A stretch of 64,000 nucleotides of DNA from Lama guanicoe (lineage: Eukaryota), in NCBI GenBank assembly GCA_013239625.1, contig MU054323.1:7305220-7369219 (forward strand). Reading direction: 5' to 3'. Of this stretch, positions 25,791-37,990 are shown piece by piece. The notes beneath the pieces were generated by a model. It made no database searches. It was given only the letters and a program-made list of their open reading frames with translations, and had not been told where the DNA came from. Position numbers and translations under genes: made by a program. Numbering within the stretch: the stretch's first letter is position 1; each line of letters begins with the position of its first letter.

Positions 25791-27432
25791 ACGCACCGCA
25801 CTCCACCAAGTGGCCGCCCAGCATCCATGTACACCTTCTTTTCCCCATCAGTGCACTTTCAAAAATGCTCTTGCTACTTGATAGAGGTGGTGGTGGCACA
25901 AAATTGTGAATGTACTAAATGCTACTGAATTGTATATTTTCAAACAGTTAATTTGATGTTCTATGAATTTCACCTCAATAAAGAGATACTTTAAAAAATG
26001 TTTCTACTAAAATTAAGAACCCTCACCATCTACAACTCAAATTCCACTTATTCCTCTTTCCAAAGGAAGATAATCAGGATCCAGGTAATGTGCATTCCTC
26101 TCCACGGTCTATATGTGGCTTCTTATTACCTGGAACAGTGGCTAAGTTATAATTTAACCACCATAAAGACACCAGATTAATGATAGTGGAGATACACTAG
26201 ATTATCCACAATGAGGATTCACTTTGGAGGAGAGGAGAAGGGAAAGGGTACAGGGGGTAGCTCGTCCACCCTGCTGGCAGGGCAGCCAGGAGTCACTTCT
26301 CCAAGATGGAGCCAAGTCCTGGTGTGACTTCCTGGGAGAATCTCCCTGGTTCACTGTCCTCCATGGCTGTGCCTTAGAGCCTACAGGGCAGAAGTCCCCT
26401 TTTGGGAAGGCCAACTCCCCATTGGCATGGTCATGGCTTCCTGGGGATTCCTTCAGAGGTTGGGCAACCCATGGGTCTGTGGATTGCAATATCACTTCCT
26501 TAAAACCTCAGCCAGCTGCCAGTCAGCTCATTTCCTAGGAACTCTAGGGACTAGCAACTAGCCCCTGTAAAGACCCAGAGCTGCTGAGTAGACTGCTCTG
26601 CATGCCCACCATACAAGTTTTGAGTGTTAAAACAAAGAGTGGAAATAAAAGTGCTTTGTAACCCATAAAATGCCATTATCCTCACTCATGGAGAAATTCA
26701 TAAAGACACAAATTCATTCTGTATGCTTTTACATGTGCCAGTACACAGTCCTTTTGTTCAATTCTTTTTACCCTCTTATTGGATTTCCCACAGCAACTGC
26801 CAAATCGTCCCTATTTCTAGATGCTGATTCAGCCCCCTCCTCCAGGAGACACCTCAGCCTCTGCCTCTCACTCCAGCATGAGCCTCACCCTGTGTAGTGA
26901 CAGATACAGAAATAAATATAGATGTAAAACGTATGTGTGTATATTTGAGTGTCTTATGTTTATATATTTTCCTGTCCACTGAGAGCACGTGCAAGCAATG
27001 GAACCTCAAGAGCGATGAGTACACCTCATGCCCAGATCTTGGTTTCTAAATACCATTCTTTACGAAAAGGAACTGGACCTTCTTGGAAAAATGTCGGATT
27101 CCAGAGCTGGGTCAAGCAAGGAACAAGATGAGCCCAGAACATGTCACATTTAAAAATTAAGGAAGTGCTCAAAGAATGATGGGACACAGAAGGGGCTCCT
27201 GCTGGTGAAATATGGGAAAATTTGAGAACCAAAATAAATACTGATAGCAACAGATTATAATCCCGCTGCATAAAATAGGAATCCATGAGCCACAGTGCTA
27301 GAAACAAAGAAATGAATAAATTGTAAGTTTTGTAAGGAATGAGAAAAAATAAAGAATGAGATATTTATATAGTCTCAAAGTACTTCCCAGCAAAATACTT
27401 ACTAATTACAAAGAGGGAAAGGAGTAACTTTA

Positions 27433-27672
27433 GATTTCACTTATATGAGATACCTAGAATAGTCAGAATCACAGAAACAAAAAGTAGAATGGTGGATACC
27501 AGGGGCTGGGAGGTGGGGGAAGGGGAGAAGGGGTGTGGTTGTTTAATGGGTATCGGGTTTCAGTTTGCAAGATGAAAATCTCTGGAGATCTGTTTCATAA
27601 CAGTGTAAATATATTTAACACTACTGAACTGTATACTTAAAAATGGTTAAGATGGAAAAAGAAAAAAAACAA
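27433..27672 (+). mobile_element. 5'-truncated L1 (L1MA/MB-type tail) with A-rich end and target-site duplication
   Basis: GATTTCACTTATATGAGATACCTAGAATAGTCA...AAAATGGTTAAGATGG then an A tract. Flanked by GAGTAACTTTA at 27422-27432 and 27673-27683. Confidence 0.85.
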
Positions 27673-27861
27673 GAGTAACTTTACTACAGAAAAGCCTTCT
27701 AATCAAGTGATCAAAGTTAACATGTCAGTGATAGACCAAACTGAAATGGTAAAACACCTAACTGGATGCAGTGAGAATGGCAGGGCATCATTTCTGTGAT
27801 ATGTATTCCAGCCAAAAATGTACCACCTGGGTCTGATCTAGAGAAGACATCAGACAAACCC

Positions 27862-28211
27862 TGTCTTAATTCATTTGGCCACAATAACAAAGTACCATAG
27901 ACTGAGTGGTTTATAAACAACAGATACTTACTTCTCACAGTTCTGGAGGCTGGGAAGTTCAAGATGAAGATGCCAGCAGACTCAATAATTGGTGACACTT
28001 CCTGGTTCACAGCCAACCATCTTTTCTATGTGTCTTCACATGATGGAAGGGACAAGCCAGCTTTCTGGTGTCTCTTTTATTAGGGCACTAATCTCAGCCA
28101 TGAGGGCTCTGCCTGAATGACCTAATCATCCCCAAAGGCTCCACCTCCTAATACCATCATCTTGGGGGATAGCTTTAAACCTATGAATTTTGAGAGGACA
28201 CAACTACGGCA
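27862..28211 (-). mobile_element. MaLR solo LTR (MLT1A-like) with 5-bp target-site duplication
   Basis: TG...CA termini; AACCC at both 27857-27861 and 28212-28216; internal TCTCACAGTTCTGGAGGCTGGGAAGTTCAAGAT. Confidence 0.88.
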
Positions 28212-29689
28212 AACCCAAAATGAGGGCTATTCTACGAAACAGCTGACTTGTATTTTCCAAGAGTGTCAATGTCATGAAAGTCAGGGAAAGTTGAGGAACT
28301 GTTTCAGATTGAAGGAAAGAAACTAGAGACATGACAAGTAAATGTGTGATTCTGGATATTTTTGCTATAAAGGACATTATTGGAACAACTAGAGAAATGA
28401 AAGTGGGCTCTGAGGATTAGATGGTAGTAATGGATCAATGTTACATTCCTGGTTTTGATGTCTGAAACACAGTTACAAAAGAGACTGCCCTTATTTGTAA
28501 GAATATATTTCTAGTATAGGAGAAAGAAATACATCCTATACTAAAGTTTCTGGGGGGTAATTGGGCACTGTGCTGACACATTTACAAATGGCTTGGAAAA
28601 AAACACATTCATTTTACCACACTTGCGTCTTTTCTGTTAGTTTGAAATTGTTTTAAAATTAAAAGTTTTAAAAATTACCCCCAGGGGTTTGTAACATGTT
28701 GTCTTCTCACCAGGAATACATATGAAAAAGAATGTTGTCAACTGAGTATGTTGTGAAACTCTTGGATTTTTACCCCTTCTGTTGGGTGAGCAGTGATCTC
28801 TCTAATACTTTTTGTTTTGCATTTCTCTTCTTATGAGAAGTTGAATCTTCTTTTTGTATATTTAAGGGCCATTTGCATTTATAAAGAGAACTCTCAGTTT
28901 ATCTTTTGATGACTTTTCTATCAGGTCGTGGGTCTCTTTCCTCCTGATTTTGATGACCTTTTCACGAATTATGGAGGTTGCCCCTTTGACTGTGTTACAA
29001 GCCAAGTTATTTTTGTATAGTGTATTCTGTGCCTAGCATTATGTGGAGGAGCCTGGAGAGATGGTCTCTGCCTGTGAGAAGTTTAAACACGACACAATCC
29101 AGACCAATGTTAGCCAGATAATCGTGAGGCTCAAACAAGGATTCTGGGCTGGAGCGCAGGAGTCCCTGAGGAAATGGGAGCTGAGCCGGGGCTGGAGTTT
29201 GGTTTTGGTCATCGAGGGCATCCCGGGCTGAGAGGGAAGGCACAGTGAGGGTGAGAACTTGACCTTCCCGTGGTGACTTCCCCTAATCTCTCTCCCTCTG
29301 TCGCTAGTCCACACCCTGAGACCCAGTTACCCTGCCTTAGAGAACTTTTCTGACTCTGCAGCAGCCTCCCTTTCCTGAGTTCTTCCTGCCTTTCACGGCT
29401 CTCCCAGAGAGAAGAGGAACGGAGCTGCCACCTACTGAACCAGATCTCGGGGTCTCAGAGCAGCATGGAGGGCCACCCTGCAGTCCACCAAGCTTTCTGT
29501 AGGGATGTCACTCGAGGTCAAAGTACAAGACTAGAAACCTGGGGTTCTGTTACTACTTTTCAAATACCAACATTTTAGTGGGTAAAAAGCAATGATTTTT
29601 TTTCATTCATACTCTTTTTTTAGGCCGTGTACCTTCTAGGTTATGAGTTAAGTTCCATGCAGTTCATTAAATGGGGTGTCTTTTCTTAA

Positions 29690-30192
29690 TTAAACATTTT
29701 CTTTCAAGATCAGTTTAGATTCACATGCCATTGTGAGAACTACTACAGAGAAACCCCCTGCACCCTTTACTACTTTCCCCCAATCTCTCAAAACCTAACT
29801 GTAATATCACAACCAGGTTATTGACACTGACACGGTCAAGGTACAGAGCATCTCCATCAGCCCAGGGTTCCTCCTGATGCCTTTGCATGGTCACACCCAC
29901 TTCTCTGCCTCTTCCCACTCCAACTACTCATCTGGGCAACTACTCATCTGTTCTTCATTTCTATAGTTTTCTCATTTCAACAGTGTTCTGTAAATGGAGA
30001 CATACATTATTGTAACCTCTGGGGATTGGCTTTTTCCCACTCAACACAATTCTCTGGCGATTCATCCCAGCTGTTGTGTGTATCAATAGTGCCTTCATTT
30101 TTTATCATTGAGTAGTAGTCCATGGCACAGCTGTACAAGTTAAACCAGGTACCTATTGAAGTACGTCTCGGGTATTTCTAGTTTTTAGCTAC
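29690..30192 (-). mobile_element. L1M 3' fragment
   Basis: TGTAAATGGAGACATACATTATTGTAACCTCT...TTCATCCCAGCTGTTGTGTGTATCAATAG. Confidence 0.75.
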
Positions 30193-30872
30193 AAGCTAGA
30201 AAACTGAGGCCAGGGAGGTGAACCAACTTGCATGGGGCACACAGGCAGAATATGGGAGAACTGGTGTGTGGTGTGAGCGCTGGGCCATTTGCATGAGCCA
30301 CATAAGGCTATTGGTGGGAAACACCAGGCAGGTTCAGTGGGAAGCATGGAGACTTGAGAGTGATTGATGACCTGATGTCTTGAAAGTCGTGTGTAAAGAA
30401 GGTGAATCTCAATTAGAGAAAGGCAGCCCAGAAGTGAGATTTGCACTTGGCAGAGGATACAGGGAAGTGCTGAGCCACCTTCCCAAGGGAACATCTATTG
30501 CTGACTGAAAACAGAGATGATGAGGAGGGACATATTAACCGATCTGGGTTGTTATAGTAACATCCAGATAAAATATATATTCAGAGGCCAGAGGGAAAAT
30601 GGAACTGAATGCAGACGAGCAGGAGGGTTGGGGAAACGACTGGAAGGATATCGCTAAAGACACAATACTTACTCATTATTGAAGCCATGAGTGAGGGGCT
30701 CTCTGGAGAGAGTGGAGACAGAGATGCTGGGGGAGACCACAGTTAGGGAGTGGGAGAAAAAAATGGCAAAGGGAAGAGGAGCCTCAAGGAGGCAAGGAGA
30801 GAACCAGAAGAGTGAATGAAGGCCAAGAACAAAGAGACAGCACTGACCAGGCAACACGGTTGAGGAGAAAGG

Positions 30873-31250
30873 AGTATATTTGCTATCTACACTGCTGAAC
30901 AAACTAACCCAAATCTTACTGGCTTAAACAACATGTATTACCTCACAGTTTCTGCGTGTCAGGAATCTGTGGGTGGCTTGGTGGGGTCCTCGGGCTCAGG
31001 GTCTCTCATAGGCTGCAATCAAGGTGTCCGGCTGCAGTCATCCCGAGGTTTGATGGGGAAGGGTCCGCTTCCATGCTTACTCATGTGGTCACTGACAGGA
31101 TTCAATTTCTCATGTGTTATTGGTCTGAGGGCTTCAAGTCAATGCCGGCTGTTGGCCAGAGGCTGTCCCCAGTTCCTTGCCTCATGGGCCTCTCCAAGAT
31201 GGCAGCTCACAAGATGGCAGCTGGCTTCGTCAGAGTGAGCAAGCAAAGCC
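30873..31250 (-). mobile_element. MaLR LTR fragment (MLT1E/F-like)
   Basis: GGCTTAAACAACATGTATTACCTCACAGTTTCTGCGTGTCAGGAATCTG...GGCTGCAATCAAGGTGTC. Confidence 0.7.
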
Positions 31251-32619
31251 AGCTAACTACTTTTACCAGTTGCCTCCCCACTTCTCTCTATCCCTTGCCT
31301 CCTAAGGCAAGAGAAGAATGACGACAACACCCTTAATAGGACATAATGGTTGAGATGGGCTTTCACATCAAGTTCTTGTTAGATCCTAATTACAATCCCA
31401 AGGGCACTCAGGCCAGCGATTGTTATGCCAGTTTTAAGGATGAGGCCAGTGAGGCCCCAAGGTCTCTTGGCAGCTCAGTGACCTAGCAGGGTCAGATCTC
31501 GGCTCCCAGCCCCACTCTGTGCCCACGTGGAGATTCCCAGGGGGCCAGGGCTCCTCCGAGCACATGAGGATGGTTGAGGCAGTGGACTCAGGCTCCTCAT
31601 CTGCTGAGTGTGAGACTTCGGGCTCACAACTCTGTCCCCTGCTGGCCTAACCCTAGTCCATCCCTCTCAGTATCCTCCCCCAGCAGCAACCCAGGTTCCC
31701 AGCATTCAAAGAGCATTTAGAAAACCCACTTGCCCCCAGAAATCTTGAAATCTCTTTATAGGAGACCAAGCCTTATATTCTACAATTAATAAATTCCCAG
31801 GAGCTGAACGTGACCTATGGCCCTGGGGATGCTGGGGGCTATGAATGGAGTGGGAGAGCCATGGAGAAGGAAAAAGAGGCTTGGAGTGGGGGAGAACCTG
31901 GGCCATGGGAGCCAATTTTTCAGACCAAAACTGGGGTTTTGCATGTTCCCAGGGACAAGGGAACTAGGAGGAAATTGGAACTAGGAGGGGAAATAGAGGC
32001 AGTTAGGTGTTAGGCTACACCAGAGAGGGAAAGAATATTCCTCAGGGGCACCAGCAGTCCCTGTCTCAGTTTACCCCCAGCACAGGCTACTTGACTGTGA
32101 ACTCAGCCCTCCTTTCAAATCAGGAACAAGGAACATGAGATGAATAATAATTATTTTAGTTCTGTGCCCTGATCAGGTGAGGGAGGGCAGGGCTGACCAC
32201 CACCCAGTCAGCCCGTGGTTGGGGAGGGGAGCTGAAGACATGCTGGCTGTCGGACCTTGAGGTCTGGGTGCAGTGCCGCAGTCTGGGTTCCCCCTGGGAT
32301 GTCCAGGCCACCAGCTGGAGGAGGGCAGCCTCTGCACCCCAATGACTAGGGACCAGGGAGAAGGTGCCACTCCCTCTCTGGGTCCACTCTGCTTAATGGA
32401 GGTTAAGCCCAAAAGAGATGCTATTGAAGCATTTACAACCACTATTGTGTCACTTTTCTGAGCCACTTTTCCTCATCAAACCCATTCTTCTGGTCAAGAA
32501 GGGGTAAGTTACAACAGAACGTAGTGGAAAGTGGGGGAAATCTCTTGACTGAACAGGTTAAAGGCCTGTTGACAACTCCTCAGCCTCTTCTCCATCAATG
32601 ACCCCACAGGAGCCCCCTG

Positions 32620-32935
32620 AATGGTGCGGCGGCGGGGGTCGCATCTCTACCATACACTGAGACCCCAGCCAGCTCAGCGCGCTCCGCCTGCCGGAGAAGT
32701 CTCTCGGCAGGCGTTGCATTTGCTCGCCTTGACCTCCAGGTGGCGCTGGCCTAGGGCGGAGCATGCTGTCTGTCAGCCATGTGGAAGGGGCGGGGCCTTG
32801 GAGATGCTGACTTCTGATTGGTTGGGTTCGGTTTTGCTTTCTTTCCGTGCGCAGAGCAGGTCTTACGGAGAGCACCCAGTTAAATTCGCCTGAGCTACGC
32901 GGGAGGAAGAGAGTGTGCGTGTGCGTGTGCGGGTT
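32620..32935. promoter_or_regulatory. Small CpG-rich element with CTCF motif, GC box and CCAAT box
   Basis: TGACCTCCAGGTGGCGCTG at 32730-32748, GGGGCGGGGC at 32787-32796, CTGATTGGTT at 32814-32823. Confidence 0.65.
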
Positions 32936-35900
32936 TGAGATGTTTGTTGGGAAGAGTGTGTGTGTGTGTGATTGTTAGGTTTTACAATTACTGAAGGTGT
33001 ATATGTGATGTTATTTTATTCTTTACAATGAACTGAGTTTCCATTTTTCATACCTTTATGAGATACCTAATAAATGAACACCAGGAAAAATTCTTAGATA
33101 TCGTTTGTAAGGGAACTAAAGTTTAGGGTCTACCACTCAGTCTTAACTACGTCTTTTTTTCATGTTTCCTTAGTCTTTGACTGTTGTGTGTATACCAATA
33201 TAATTGTACTTGTGGGTGTATTTTATTTGCACATCTGACACCTGTTAAGTTTCCACTTTCTGCCAGGCGATGGGCAGGGTTTTGCACTGTGTCAAAACAG
33301 TTACCATGAACAAAAGAGACCTGGGCCCTCCCCTCAAGTAGCTCACAGACACGAATCAGCAATCAAACACTCACGGCAAATTTTAAAAACTCCTTTGTGG
33401 CAGTAAATGAGAAGTGGCCAGTGCTTTGGGAGAGGAGCATGGAGTTCTGAGGAAGTGTATTGAGTGCAGGCTCAGCAGAGCCACTCCCCCAAAGAGCACT
33501 TACTGAAGTTAAATTGATCTCATTTCAGACCTGGTAGGCTCCTTTATGAAGGTGGGGAAGCCAAGGAGGAGTAGAAAGTGTTTGGAGGTGGTCTGAGGGC
33601 TGGGCCAGCTGAGGTGGGCTACCTGGCCTCCTGTCTGGTCAGTGTGGAGAAAGCACTGGAAAGTGTGTAACTTCCATAATATTCTCTTCTTGCTGTAGGT
33701 AAAAGCCATCTTCTGGGACTGGATATGATGAAGGGACAGTAAACTTTGTCACTAGAGAAGGTGGCCAAAGAAGGACTGGCAAAACAAATAAATAACCACC
33801 TGGCATGTGAAACAAACACCTGGAGTCCAGGCCCCAGGTGTAAACTGCAGAGGGAAGGAGGAGAGAAAAAGGAGGAAGGAAGGTGTTAGTCCCAGGCTGG
33901 ATTAGTTGCTGGGAGAGTCTGGCCCAGGTAGCTGGTAACGGTGGGACATGACCCAGAGCGTCATAAACGGCGAAGGCAAGAGAGTTTGTTCTCACCTGGA
34001 GACCTACCAGGGGAATTTCCTGCCAAGTATCATTGTGTGTTTGCTCTTTCTTCACCTAAAAAGCAGAGGCAGAGACCCAGCGCCCTGAAGAGCTCGCACA
34101 CTGCCCTCCCCCCATGACTCACTCTCTAAACTTCCACCACGCATTTCCCCCGAGCATTTACCACCTCCTTACATCACACAGTCGTTCCTTGTCTCCTGCA
34201 CTAGAAGGAGACAGGCCTCTAGGGGAGAGAGGATGGGCCCAACGCAGAGGGCAGGGCCCTTGCTGGTGATGGCACTTGGGAGCAGGTGAGGCGGGCACCC
34301 TATCTCCTTCTTTACTGCATCCCCAGGGCTTGGAGTAGGTCTGGCACTAGCAGGTGCTCAATAAATATTTGTTAAGTGAATGAATGAGGCAGATTCTTCT
34401 CATTCCTCAGAGAACCCTCTCTCAGTCTAAATGTGATGTGTGCAGAGCCGGGATCTCCAGCGAACGATATGTTGTCCTGGGAAGGCTCTGCTCCCTGGGA
34501 GCAAAAGCTGGGCAAGACCTTGGTGTTTCAGAGGCTTGAAAAAAAACTGCCTCACCCACTGAGAGGCAGTTATTCCCCAGGGAGGGGTGTGCACGTTTTT
34601 GGTGGAGGTAAGTGAGGCTGTGAGGTGGCCCTCCTCAGCCTGTCCTGGTCCTTCCTGGTACTTCTGGATCAGCCCTTACCCCCTAAAGTGTTTTTTTTCT
34701 GTGATGTGAAGGCTGCAGTGGAGGCAGAGGTTTGGCTCTGCACTCCAACCCCACCCTCTGTCCTCAGAAGGTGGCCCTTCATATGTCTGTGGGGGGCAGG
34801 TGGTGAATCAGGGCCCCAGCCTGAGCAGCCCTCACCAGCCCTGGTGAGACTCTGTCGGGTGACTGAGCCCCCTGGCACTGGATGTGGGGCTCCGACCCTG
34901 GCAGCACCAGGTTCCTACATCTCCATCGGCACAGCCTCTCGCCTGTGAGCCCAGGATGGGCCTGGCCCAGGTGGCTCAGGAGCCCTTCTACGAGGCTGAG
35001 GGGCTTGAAAGGGCAGCACCTGCCACATCAGAGGAAGGAAGGAGAACGGCTACTGAGCGTTTACTGTGTACCGAGCGCTGTTCCAGGTGTCATGTGTTCC
35101 AATATAACTCTTGTAACAACCATGCGGGTTGGACGTACCTTCTCATTTTGTAGATGCAGAGAGTAAGGCGTGACCTGCCTGCGGAGCAGCATCAGGATCC
35201 AGATGCAGGCGTATCTGCCCCCGAGAGCCCACACTAGTTCCACTGTACCCCACAGCTGCCCCAAAAGACAGGGTTGGAGGTGGGGAGCCCAAGGAAGGCC
35301 GCCCCGAGGGGTAGGAACCCAGCCAGGCCTCTGAGAGAGAGAGGATGGGCCAATTGCAGAGGGCAGGGCCCTTGCTGGTGAGGGCACTTGGGAGCAGAGA
35401 CAGAGGTGGGGGGGTGCTTAGTGAGGGATGGGCAGGGTGCAGGCTCCCAGGGAGAGGGAAGAGAGAAGATCCAGAAGGGAAAGCAAGGTATGAGGTGGCA
35501 GGTCTGGCTAGGTGTGGGGAGGCTGTGGGGGAAGCCTGGGGAAGCCCAGGGCAGCCCGAGGCACCGCAGCAGGGCTGGATGACTTGGGACAAAGTTGGAG
35601 CAGAGTGAACAGTCACCCTTGTGAATCCTCAGGGAGCTGGGCTGCTCACGTCCATGGGCAGGTGAGCTGGAGGGCAGTGAACAGAAAGGAAAAATGGAGG
35701 CGTGCAGGATGCTAGAACTCAGAGACCTAGAGCAAGAGTTGGGGAGCCCCATACAACTGGCGCAAGGCCTGGGACCACAGACAGCCTATCTTCTCCAGGC
35801 AGCTGAGAGAACGCCAGATGGGTGGCCGGACCTGGGTTCAAGAGTTGACTCCTCTCTTACTTGAAATATAAAGACCCCCTTTAGCCTCTCTGAGTTTTTT

Positions 35901-36494
35901 TTTTTTTTCCTGGAGATGGACACCTTCCTGCAACATCTTAAACCACATATTCATTAGCTGCATCAAAAAGCAGTCTTTTATCCACATCAGTTAGAAGAGT
36001 CTACACAAGAATTAGGTTCTAATCTAAGTGGTCTTCCCTGGCTGGTGCAGCCTCTGGGTCCCCATACACCAGCCTCCTGTACACTCAGAATCGGCACCCA
36101 TCACGCGCCCAGCACTGTCTTCTGTGCACCTTCTCCTGTGCTTCAAGGTGCTAGTAGTGTCAGGGATGGTTTATACCACTTCTGGGTGTTCCCAAGTGGG
36201 ACTGTCCTCAGTGGTCACTGCTACAGAGTGCAAAATGGCTTACGTAGGCCAGAGTGATTGGACTGTCTGTCACCTACCCAGTAGGTGCCTCTAGGCAGGA
36301 GCTTGTGCTTATAGAATCCTGAGGAGGTGATGGGCTCCTTTGGAGGTGAGTGTGTAGCTGCGATGCTCTGACTTTGGATGGGAGTCGGGGGAGGGAGGGG
36401 AGGGGCATTCAGGAAGACAGGTGATGGCAAGTGGATTTTTCTTTTCTTTTTTTTCAAAGAAATTAAACAGTAATACTATTTGTAAACTTTGTTC

Positions 36495-36682
36495 AATTAA
36501 CAGATATACATTACTAGATATAAAATAGGTAAACAACAATATATGTATAGCACAGGAAACTATATTCAATTTCTTGCAATGTAATTTCTTGTAAATGTAT
36601 ATGTATAACTGAATCACTTTACTGTACACCTGAAACTAAATTGTAAATTGACTACCCTTCAGTAAAAAATAAGAAAAAAATA
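36495..36682 (+). mobile_element. Cetartiodactyl-type L1 3' tail with poly(A)
   Basis: TATAGCACAGGAAACTATATTCAAT...TATAACTGAATCACTTTACTGTACACCTGAAACTAA...AAAAAATAAGAAAAAAA. Confidence 0.8.
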
Positions 36683-37799
36683 CTTCTTTAGAAAAAAACT
36701 TAGTTCAGACACACCCTAGAATTTCATGAGTGTTGATTGTAGAAATTTAATTATCTACATTATCTCTGTCTATATGTATTAAACCATTTGCACTTTTGGC
36801 ATTTGTCCATAAGCAGTCATTTTGGTCACCAGGGATGTTGGAAAGCATAGATTTACAGGCTGTAGGGAGACCTGAAGAAATATGTCACCATCTCTGTCCT
36901 CAGGGAGCTCACAGTCCATTCACGAAGACAAGAAGAGCATATGTTTAATAGTACCAAGGTTCAGAGTATCCATGTTGAATGAATGTGTTAAGGACTGGAG
37001 ACCTGAAGCATAAATGTTTCCAGGAAGACAATCATCTGAGCTGGGTGGGTACCAACTTCACGAATGTGACATCATCAAAGAGTCTCTCCTCAGAGTCCTG
37101 CTCAGTTGCTTATTCCTCTAAAACTACCTCTCCTTTCCTGCTCATAGCCCAGGGCCATCCTGGACAGTCACGAGCAAGTGAGCCATCACCATGGGGCGGC
37201 CCAAGGTCACGTCTGCCAGGAACACCACCGTGTGGCATTTGCCTATGCAAAGTTTGCACTGACCACCGATGAGCAAAACAGTGTGATCTACATATAGGTG
37301 GGGGTGCATGGGTTTTGCCGCTGGAGTTCCCCCTGCACTGAGTGATGGCGGCTGAAGGCACAGTGACAGCAGGCGCTAGGAGCAGCTGAGCGGGGCCAAG
37401 GGCACTGTCTTCAACTCAGCAGCGAGGCCCCTCTCTGGCCTTTCTGCCCCAGAACTCTGGCTCTGCACAGAAGCACGGTAAAGGGGTGGGCTAATTGTGA
37501 GTGTGCATGCTTTCCCAAAAGTCTGCATTTCCCAGAACTTCAGTTGTCTTGGCTCTTATTAAAATGGTTTGTTCTTCCCCTCGGAGTCAGAGAGAGGCCC
37601 CTCTGGGCCACTGCTTGGGACTGGCCAGGGCAGGGCATTGTCTGGCTGGGGCTTCAGAGGCTGCAGGGACACCCCCACGAGCAAGAGCGAGCCCATGGAC
37701 AGTTCCATGCCCTCGGCAGCCCCCAGAGCGGCGCCCCAGGACACACAGGCATGACGAGGAGAGAGGAGGGTGTCCGAGAGCCTTCAGAGGGTCTGTAGC

Positions 37800-37990
37800 A
37801 GGCTTGTTCCATGGGATAAGAATTACGGGCGGGGCCACTAAGTACCACCAGATATCCCAACTCTCCCGGAGAAGCTGTAAATCTGGATTTTTCTGTGAAA
37901 TCTTCTGATATTTCACCATTTGCAACCCACAAAATTGTTTTAAAAATACCTCCTGGGCCAAAGAAAATGGCTTTAAGCCACCCTCTGTTA
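37800..37990. mobile_element. hAT-Charlie fragment (MER58-like)
   Basis: GAGAAGCTGTAAATCTGGATTTTTCTGTGAAATCTTCTGAT resembles MER58B internal sequence. Confidence 0.45.

Larger units (their letters stand above)
26900..28675 (+). mobile_element. L1MC/MD-type 3' region hosting two nested insertions
   Basis: Recognisable segments TTTCTAAATACCATTCT, TAATCAAGTGATCAAAGTTAACAT, GTGTCAATGTCATGAAAG and TTTGCTATAAAGGACATTATTGG. Confidence 0.75.

Noticed and set aside
29921..29950. Short tandem duplication CAACTACTCATCTG x2 (a similar case, CAAGATGGCAGCT x2, lies near 31195-31223)
   Set aside because: Ordinary slippage duplications inside old repeats.
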